From Christensenella sp. UBA7868 (GTDB lineage Bacteria > Bacillota > Clostridia > Christensenellales > UBA1242): 34,547 bases of DNA. Under the pieces are notes generated by a model, which was not told the origin of the DNA, ran no database searches, and saw nothing but the letters and a program-made list of their open reading frames with translations. The position numbers and the translations under genes were made by a program. Location of the stretch: NCBI GenBank assembly GCA_002501285.1, contig DLSG01000110.1, forward strand, positions 1 to 34,547. The letters are read 5' to 3'. Positions 1-9,300 of this stretch are shown in pieces. Position 1 is the first letter of the stretch, and the number at the start of each line of letters is the position of its first letter.

Positions 1-65
1 AATCTTTTTTATGTTTTTAAAATTTTTTCAAATGTTTTATTAATATTTTTTCGGTAATTCACTTA

Positions 66-93
66 AACGCAGGTTTTTCCACTGCGTTTTTTT
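66..93 (+). terminator. Rho-independent terminator for a plus-strand gene ending upstream of the window
   Basis: Stem AACGCAG (66-72) pairs with CTGCGTT (82-88) around a 9-nt loop, followed by a T-run (87-93). Confidence 0.6.
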
Positions 94-166
94 ATGCCCA
101 TTTTTAACAATACAATTACAATATAATAATAACTATATCTACTATTTAACTATGCTTAAAAAATAT

Positions 167-206
167 AAATAAATAAATAAATAAATATAAATGTAAATGT
201 AAATGT
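167..206. repeat. Short tandem repeats: (AAAT)x5 then (AAATGT)x3 in an intergenic AT-rich spacer
   Basis: Read directly: AAAT units at 167-186 and AAATGT units at 189-206. Confidence 0.8.
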
Positions 207-261
207 TATAATAAAATAAAGATCCAATGGGATTATCATTTCTTATTAATATTTTATATAT

Positions 262-293
262 AAAAAAACCTAAACTTTCGTTTAGGTTTTTTT
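262..293. terminator. Bidirectional Rho-independent terminator, ending the giant minus-strand gene
   Basis: A7 (262-268), stem CCTAAAC (269-275), loop TTTC, stem GTTTAGG (280-286), T7 (287-293). It lies 64 nt downstream of the stop at 357. Confidence 0.8.
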
Positions 294-356
294 AAAGTGT
301 TTTAGTAATCAACTATATGATTTTTAAGTAAATCTATACTCAATTATTAAGTAAAT

Positions 357-3300
357 TTATGCCCCTGTAAATGAGCCAGTGCCCGCATTTGTATAGAAAG
401 TACCATAAATCAAATCATACATACCCAACACTCCTGAACTATTTTTAGCTGGTACAAGATCTCTCACTAGATTCGTTCCATTCCAAATTTTGAAGTAATA
501 CATGGTTAATGCACCACACTTTCCTTGTCCTTTAAATATCTTAAATGTTCCTGAAGAAGTATTTCCACTATCATCAGATGCAGCAATCGAAGACCTTGTA
601 GATCCGCTAATAACAAGCATTGAGCTATTTGAAGCTGATACAATATAAGTTCCTGAAGTTGAGAATGAAGTGTACATATGGCATTTAGATGCTTGTGGAA
701 CCCATCTTAACTGTGTAGCAGTAGCAAGCCTTGTTAAAGTTCCAATCCAACCATCTGTTCCACAAACAGCGCCGGAATTAATACTAGATGTATAATTAGC
801 AAATTTTACTTCAATTTTTAATGAAGTACTCCAACTTAATCCTGTATTAATATATTGAGTTCCTGTAGATTTTAAATAATTCAATTTAGTATATCCAGTT
901 GGAAGTGCTTGACCTTGAAGTGGATGGAAAGTACTATCATAAACATTCCATAGTCCTTTTGTTCCCGTAGTGTTATTAACAACTGGAATAAAGAAATCTG
1001 TTCCTACACTACATAAATAAATTTTTCCTCGGAAACCATTTGAAGTATCTGCTACTCCATTATAATTTAGTGCCCCTATATATAATGTCTCAAAGCTTGC
1101 AATCCAGCTGGCAGTAGAAGAATGTGTAGCACCATTACTATCAAAATAATACCTTTTAGAAGATGTGATACCTACTGTGTGGATTTGTGAACTATCTCCA
1201 TAATTCATTGTATTTATAGTTCCACCCATATTAGCCTTTACAGTTGATGTCCCAGTAGATGATTTATTTAAATTATTGTGATACATAATAAATTGTCGTT
1301 GCGAAGGACTATTTTGAGACCCGAAAAGAATCATATCATGCGTTGTGTCTGTAAATGAATTTACAACTGAAACATTCGTTGTGTTGTTAAACATATAATA
1401 ATAACTTGCTTTGGCTCCGGTATCTACATACTCACTTCCTGTAAATTCAAGATAATCTAGAATTCTATAACTTGATGAGCCCCTGTAAAGAGTTTTTCCT
1501 GCATAAGTTGATGTCATTGAAGAAATTGATGTTGCTGAGCCAGCATATTGAGAGAAATATTTAGTAGTTGAACCATTTGATGTTGGTAACGCTATTGCTT
1601 TGCCAATAGATTTAGGTGCTTTAATAGAACTTAAAACAAAATGGTTATTGCTATTATTAATAGAAAGCATATCAGTAACATTAGCAGAACTTAAAATTTC
1701 AAATCTCGATAAGTCTAAACTAGCCAAACTATAGCAATCTTTAAACATTTGAGTAAAGTTTGTTACTAGACCAGTGGTAAATGAAGAACCGAATGTAATT
1801 TTTAACAAACTATAACATTCTCCGAACATATAAGACATATTTGTTGTTACATTTGTATTAAAAGCTGATAAATCTATAACCCTTATATCATTACAAGCAT
1901 AGAACATGTTAGACAAATTTGTTGCTTTTGTACAAACAAAATTTGAACCAGTTGTTAAAACCTTTAAGCTTGTACATGTATCAAACATGCTAGCCATTGT
2001 TGTTACACTTGCTGTATTCCAGCCTTCAAGATCCAAACTTGTTAACTTATAGCAATTTGCAAACATATTGCTCATGTCTGTCACATTGGCTGTTTCAAAA
2101 TCAACAATACTCAATAAAGAAGTAAGGCTTGAGCAACCAGCGAACATTCCAGCCATTTCAGTTACTGCTGAAGTGTCGAAACTAAAAACATTAACATCTG
2201 CAAGGCTAGAACAATTTTGGAACATATAGCGCATGTTTGTAACCTTCGCAGTGTCAAAGTTTGATAAGTTAAGATTGGCTAGCTTTGAACAACCGCGGAA
2301 CATATAACGCATTTCCGTAACATTTGATGTATTAAAACTTGAAAGCCTTACCGCAGTTAGGCTCGAACAGCCGTCAAACATAGCTTGCATATCTGTTACA
2401 TTTGATGTGTCGAATTTAATCAAATCCAACCTAGTTAATGCTTTACAATTTGCAAACATATTGCTCATTGTTGTAACTTTTCCTGTGTTAAAGTTAGAAA
2501 CAGTAAGTGTTGGTAATTTTTCGCAACTATAGAACATTGCATACATTGTCGTTACATTTGCTGTATTAAAACTGGTTAGGTTTAGAGAAGTTAAGTTAAC
2601 ACAACTATGGAACATACCATGCATTTCTTTAACACTTGTTGTGTTAAATTTTGATAAATCAAGTGAACTTAAACTAGAACAATTTCTAAACATAAAACTC
2701 ATGCCTTCTACTTTGCTTGTATCAAAATTGTAAAAGGTGATTGATGTTAAGCCACTTAAACCATCAAACAATTCGTTAGAGTTTACTGGTCCATAAATTT
2801 TATCTGCAACAAATGCAATTTCAGTTATTCTGCTTACTGCATTGTTTTGATAAACTTTAATTCCGCTTGTTAATTTCCCAGCATATTTATATGTTGAAGG
2901 AAGAGAAGAAGGTGTCTCAAATATAATTGATGTAATTTTATTTACTGCTGTTATTTCTGGCATCTTTAACGCAACAACTTGTGTTTTCCAATTTGTATCT
3001 AGTGATGCTGTTAAAGTTAGAACCAAAGTCTTTCCTGCCACAGAACTTTTAAATTCCGTAACAACAGTATTTGTATCTTTAATATACCAAGTTTTATCTG
3101 CTGGAAGAGGAATTGAAACTCCGCTTGCAATAGTTGTTGGTGCTATAATAGTTTTTAATGAACTGCAACCATCAAGGAAGCCTGTTCCTATTGCTCCCGA
3201 TTTAATGTTGAAGCATGTAAAGTCTATTTCATTCACACTAGCGCATCCAGCAAACATATTGCTAAAATCGGTTACATTTGAAGTTGAGAACGCCCCTGAT

Positions 3301-6300
3301 GACCCAAAAGACATATAACTTCCCGAACCACTCCTACTAAACATTCCTTTCATGCTTGTAGCACTAGAAGTGGAAATTTGACTTAGCGATCCATTAAAAC
3401 ATGAAACTCGTGTTCCAGCAAAGAAATAATCAAAAATCTTTGTTTGTGAAGTAAATAAAACTTGATGGTCTCCAGAAGTGTAAAAAGCAATTTCTCCCAA
3501 ATTTGCGAATAAACCAGTTGAATCTATTGGTGTGATAATTTCTGGATAAGACAACCAAATTGACAATTCTCCTTCGCTATTTTCGCCATGCTCAACCAAA
3601 ATCCCGCTTTTTAACTTAATAGCATTATAAGCCATATTGGCATTTATTGAATCAGGTGATGCAATCATTAAATAAGTAGAATTTGTTACAGTTACTCCCG
3701 CATTTTCTAATTGACTTCTCCAATCAGAGTCTAATGTAGCTCTTAGAATATAAGCTAAAACTTCTGTGCATTTATAGCCATATGCATAAGTATTACTACT
3801 TAAAGTTGTTACAACCGAATCAAAGAAGCCGCCTTGATACCAAGTTTTTCCTGTTGGAAGTGTTATTGGATAACTTGATTGAATGTTTTGTGGAATAACG
3901 ATTCTTGTTAAAGCCGTACAACCAGAAAACATATCACTAACACTTGTTACTTTTGTCATATCAAAAGAAGATAAATCTAATTCTTCTAGACTAGGACAAT
4001 CAATAAACATCTGTTGCATAACAATAACATTTGAAGTATTGAAACTTGAAAGATTTACTGTTTTTAAAGCCGTACAATGAGCAAACATAAATTGCATATC
4101 TGTTGCTTTTGAAGTGTCAAAACTTGAAAGGTCTAGGCTTGTTATGCCGCTAACACGCCAGAACATTGCTCTAAAATCTTCAACATTTGATGTGTTAAAA
4201 TTTGAAACATTTAGGGTTGATAACAAAACACAGCCATCAAACATACTATGCATATTAATTACTTTTGAAGTGTCAAAGTTTGAAACATTTAGGGTCGATA
4301 ATTTATTACAAGCTTCAAACATTTGTTCCATTGTTGTTACATTTGATGTGTTAAAACTTGAAATAACTAGCGATGCTAAAACTCTACAGTTATAGAACAT
4401 TTTAGCCATGGTTGTTACTTTTGGAGTTTTAAAATTTGAAAGATTTAAACTTGTTAATGCATTACAATTAGCAAACATACTCTGCATAGATGTTACATTT
4501 GATGTGTCAAAACTTGAGACATTGATTGTTGTTAAACTACTGCAACCGTCAAACATTTCACGCATGCTTGTTACTTTTGCCGTGTTAAAACTTGATAAAT
4601 CCAATGATTGTAAGCTTGAACAGTTTTGGAACATTGCCTGCATTGTTGTTGCTTTGCTTGTATCAAAGTTTTTGAATGTTAATGTTTTTAAAGCGGTTAA
4701 GCCTTTAAACAAGCTAGATGAAGTTGCTGGCGCATAGATTTTTTCACAAACAAACGCAATGTCTAAATCGCTTGAAGAACTTTTGTAAACTTGAATTCCG
4801 CTTGTTAAAATTTTATTAGTGTTCGTATAACCTGATGGAATTTCAGTTGGTTTTAAGAATTGAATTGAATTGATTTTTGTAACATCAGTTATTCCAATTC
4901 CTAGGTTTACAATTTTTGTTTGCCAATCAATGTCTAAAGTTGCTTCCAAAACATGGTCTAAAATAACTTTTCCAAGAACTGTTGAATCATTTGTAATTGA
5001 TGTTTTTTTGTTAGCATTATTTCCTTCAACATACCAGTTTTTCCCTGTCGGAAGAGAAATAAAAGCGCCCGAGCTTAAAGCACTTGGTGCCGTAATTTTA
5101 GTTAACGCCGTTGCCCCAGAAAGCATACTTGCAACTTTTGATGCCGCAGACATATTTAAACCACTTAAATCAAGTTCGGTTAAACTAGCACAACTACTAA
5201 ACATAGTTAAGAAATTTGTTGCAGAACTTGAACAAGAAACTTTAACGCTTGACAGTTTACTGCAACCATTAAACATCCAAGACAAATTTGTTGCTTTAGG
5301 TAAAGAAATTGCAGGCAATGAGGTTAAACTTGAGCAATTCATAAACATATAAGAAACATCTGTTACAAGCGAGAAATCCCACCCAGAAATATCAATTGAA
5401 GCAAGTTTATAACAAAAACTAAACATACTTGTCATTTTTGTTACTTTGCTTGTGTTAAACCCCGAAACATCAACACTTGAAAGGTTTTCACAACCTCTGA
5501 ACATATAACTCATATCAGTTACTTTGCTTGTGTCAAAGTTTGTTTTGTTTAGTTTTATAGTGGTTAAGTTTTCACACCCATAAAACATATAATTCATATT
5601 TGTTACATTTGATGTGTTAAATTTAGTTAAATCTAAAGTTGTCAACTTTGAGCAATTATAGAACATACCACTCATACTTGTTACTTTTGAAGTGTCAAAA
5701 CTTGAAACATTTAAACTTGTAAGTTTTGTACAACTTTCAAACATATAACTCATACTTGTTACTTTTGATGTGTTAAAACTTGAAACATTTAAACTTGTTA
5801 AACTAGAACAGTCAGAAAACATACAATCCATAGCTGTTACTTTTGAAGTGTTGAAACTTGTTAAGTTTAAAGAAGTAACACTAGAATATGCAAACATTTG
5901 TTCCATAGTTGTTACATTTGATGTGTCAAAACTTGATAAATCTAAATCGCCCACCAATTGAACACCATAGAACATATAACTCATATCTGTTACTTTTGAA
6001 GTGTTAAAATTGTTTAAACCCGTAATGTCAGTTAAACTACCACGACAATTTTCATTTTCATCAGCGTCAATATAATCGCAATAAAACATACTGCTCATAT
6101 TTGTTACATTAGATGTGTCAAAGTTTTCAAACTCTATCCAGCCTAACTGCTCTAAAATTCCATTATCTGGTGCAAACAAATAAGAACAATCTGTTGGGGC
6201 AATAATTTTTCCATAAACAAAGGAGATGTCGTATTGACTACCATCTAATATATAAATTCTAATTCCTGTTGAAAATTCTTTTCCTGTGTCAAAGTAGGTA

Positions 6301-9300
6301 AAACCATTTTCATTTTCATAATTAGCAAGTGTTTCTGGTGTATCAAATCTGATTGAGGTTATTTCATTGTTTGTCATAGGAGAAACTGTGCCAAAATTTT
6401 CAAGTTCAAATTCTGTTGTAAATAAACTATCAAATTCAGCAAGCCAAGCCATATCATGTGCAGTTGGGAACAACGCCCCTTCAAGGACATGGTCGATAAC
6501 TGTTACTTTTGTTGAAGCGGTGCTTGCAAACACACTTGTTAAAGTAGCGTTTGGAACAAGTGAGAAGCCGTTTTTATACCATGTTTTTCCGTTTGGAAAG
6601 CTCTCTTCCCCCATTTCTAAACAACCAGGAAGATAAATTGGATAATCATCTTTTATCCCTTGTGGAGTTACAATTTCAGATAGTTTTGCACATTCATAGA
6701 ACATATCTGTCGCATCCTCAACTACCGAGACCATATTGAAACTCGATAAATCAAGATATGTTAGTTTAGAACAATAAGCAAACATTCGCCCCACAGCTGT
6801 TACAAGTGAAGTACTAAAACCAAGTTTTAATGTTGTTAAATTTTCACAACCTCTGAACATCTCTGTCATATCAGTTACTTTGCTTGTATCAAAATGAGAT
6901 AAATCTAATGTTTGTAATGCTCTGCACCCATAAAACATGTTAGCCATATTATTAACTAATGATGTGTTAAAACTTGATAAATTAATAGTTGTAAGCCCAG
7001 AACCATCTTGGAACATATATTCCATTTTAGTTACTTTTGCAGTATTAAAACTTGTTAAATCTAGACTCGTCACTTTTTTAAGTCCTAGAAACATTGCTCT
7101 CATTGATGTAACATTTGCAGTATTAAAGTTTAATACATTAAGAGATGTTAAATTGCTACAGCCTTGGAACATATTTGCCATAGTTGTAACATTACTTGTG
7201 TTAAAACTTGAAACATTAATACTTGTTAAAGATGAACTGTTATAAAACATTTGTTGCATATTAATAACTTTGCTTGTATCAAAACAAGATAAATCTAACA
7301 CTTTAAGGCTACCAGTATGCCCTTCAAACATATGACTCATTGTTGTAACATTTGATGTGTCGAAATTTTTAAACACAAGAGTTGCAAGATTTGTAAGCGT
7401 TACGCCATTTGTGTAAGCGAACAATGAACTACAATTTGCTGGTGCTTTAATACTTCCCGCAACAAACGCAATGTATGTTGATTTAGAATCACTAACCCAA
7501 ATTTCAATTCCGCTTGGAAGTGTTTTTCCTGAATTTGAATAACTAACTGAATTAATTGTTAATTTTTTAGTTGACGAATTGAAACTTGCATAATCGTCAA
7601 ACGCAATTCCTGTTATGTTAGAAGCCGTTGTAATTCCAGTAAGTCCAAGGCTTGCAATTTGAGTTCTCCAAGAAGTTGAAAACTCAACAGGTTTTATATA
7701 ATCGTAAATAGTAATTTTAGCCGAAACGGTTGAACTTAACCCTTTTGTTAATTCAACAACTTTTGCAATTCCTTCTTTATACATGTGTTTATCTGTACTA
7801 TCTGCTTTTTTAGTTGGAAGTGCAATTTTATAACTATCACTAATATTTTTTGGAGTAACCAAAACAGATAAGTCTGTCATGTTATTAAGCATATTTGTAA
7901 CTTTAGTTACTTTTGTCATATCAAAACTTGACAAGTCTAAATTTGTTAGTTTTACGCAGTTTTGGAACATTCCACTCATATCAGTTGTGCTTGATGTGTT
8001 GAATGGAATAGTTAAATTTTTAAGAGCGATACAACCATCAAACATATAACTCATGTCTGTTGCTTTGCTTGTATCAAAATGTGAAAGATCTAATGTGTTA
8101 AGTTTTTGACAATCATAGAACATTCCGTTCATATCAGTAACTAAACTTGTATTAAAACTTGAAATATTTACATTTACAAGACTACTACATCTTGTAAACA
8201 TATTTCTCATTGTTGTAACCTTGCTTGTGTTAAAACTTGATAAGTCTAAATTCGTTAGGCTCCTACAACTATCAAACATATAACTCATATTTGTTACATT
8301 GCTTGTGTCCCAACCTGAAAGGTTAATACTTTGAAGATTTGAACAACTTAGGAAAAGCCCATATAAACTTCCAGCATTGCTTGTATTAAATCTTGATAAA
8401 TCCAAAGTTTTTAAAGATGTACAGTTATAGAACATTTGATTTAAACTTGTAACACTTGTAAACTCAGGTAGATTTAAAGTAGTTAATGAACTGCAACCAT
8501 AAAACATTAAATAAGTTGCTCTTGCTTTTGGTACATTCCAGCCAGATAAATCTAATGTTGTCAATTTTGAAGCACCACAGAACATATCTCCTAAATTTTC
8601 AGCAATTGAAGTGTCAAAATTATTAAAGACTAATGAATTTAAGTTTGTAAGAGGAATAGCATTTGTTCCGTCACCTGTGCCATCTGCTCTAAACATTCTG
8701 TAACAACTTGCTGCTGTTTTAATTGTTCCATAAACAAACGCAATGTTTGTTGGGTTACTTGTGCTTTGATAAACTCTAATTCCGCTTGCAAGTTTCTTTC
8801 CAGTGTTTTTATATTCGCTTGGGACTGTTGTTGGATTATCAAACCTTATTCCTGTAATTTCGCTTGCTGATGAAATTCCAGTTAATGAAAGTCCAGCAAT
8901 CTCCCCTCTCCATGTTATTGGGAAAGTTGCAACAAAACTAGATTCTGTGTATGTTGCAGTATATTCTTGTTTGCCACTAACCGCCGCAATTGTAGGATTC
9001 CAAGCTTTAAAAGTATATTCAACTTCACTTGTTGCTTCTTTTGTTGCAGTATCCCCAAAACTAGGAGTTACTCCATATTGAGCATGATCAATTTTTAAAA
9101 TTTTTCCATCATCGTTTTTAAAACTAATTAAATAACTTGATTTATCAGTTGATAAGTTTTGCCATTCGCTTTCACCGCCAACTTGACAATAATCAACATA
9201 ATATGTAACAGTAGTTTTTAAATCGGTTTTTAATGCGCCACTTGAATCTCTTAAAACTTCGTCATTGATTTTGTCGGTTACATTAAACGCAAAAGACAAT

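Noticed and set aside
1-356. A search for tRNA genes or att-like direct repeats at the cluster borders and in the intergenic regions (1-356, 10477-10714, 18942-19132, 22358-22441, 32641-32940)
   Set aside because: I could see no cloverleaf-compatible GC-rich segments or obvious long direct repeats by eye. This is a weak negative that needs tRNAscan and a repeat finder.
5043-5054. 'LPTG' strings in the module caps ('ISLPTGKNWY', 'ITLPTGKTWY', 'ALPTGYTKL') as possible sortase signals
   Set aside because: They are LPTG, not LPxTG. They are internal and are not followed by a hydrophobic segment and basic tail. They are part of the conserved module cap.
3883-7245. A series of plus-strand ORFs of 62-160 aa (3883-4080, 4114-4395, 4408-4737, 4870-5352, 5770-5961, 6367-6739, 6937-7245) with their own repetitive 'VTFDVLKLE' sequences
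   Set aside because: All lie antisense to the 3123-aa ORF. Their periodicity is simply the reverse complement of the LRR codon pattern, which happens to be poor in antisense stops. They have no SDs or promoters, and the long minus-strand ORF explains the region.
1473-8933. Regular 72-75-nt periodicity that could superficially resemble a CRISPR or satellite array
   Set aside because: The repeats are in-frame coding LRR units with variable 'spacers' that are also coding. There are no palindromic direct repeats, no leader and no cas genes.
8639-9081. Nested ORFs 8639-8842 (minus strand, other frame) and 8803-9081 (plus strand)
   Set aside because: They lie inside the giant CDS, have low-complexity translations and show no translation signals.
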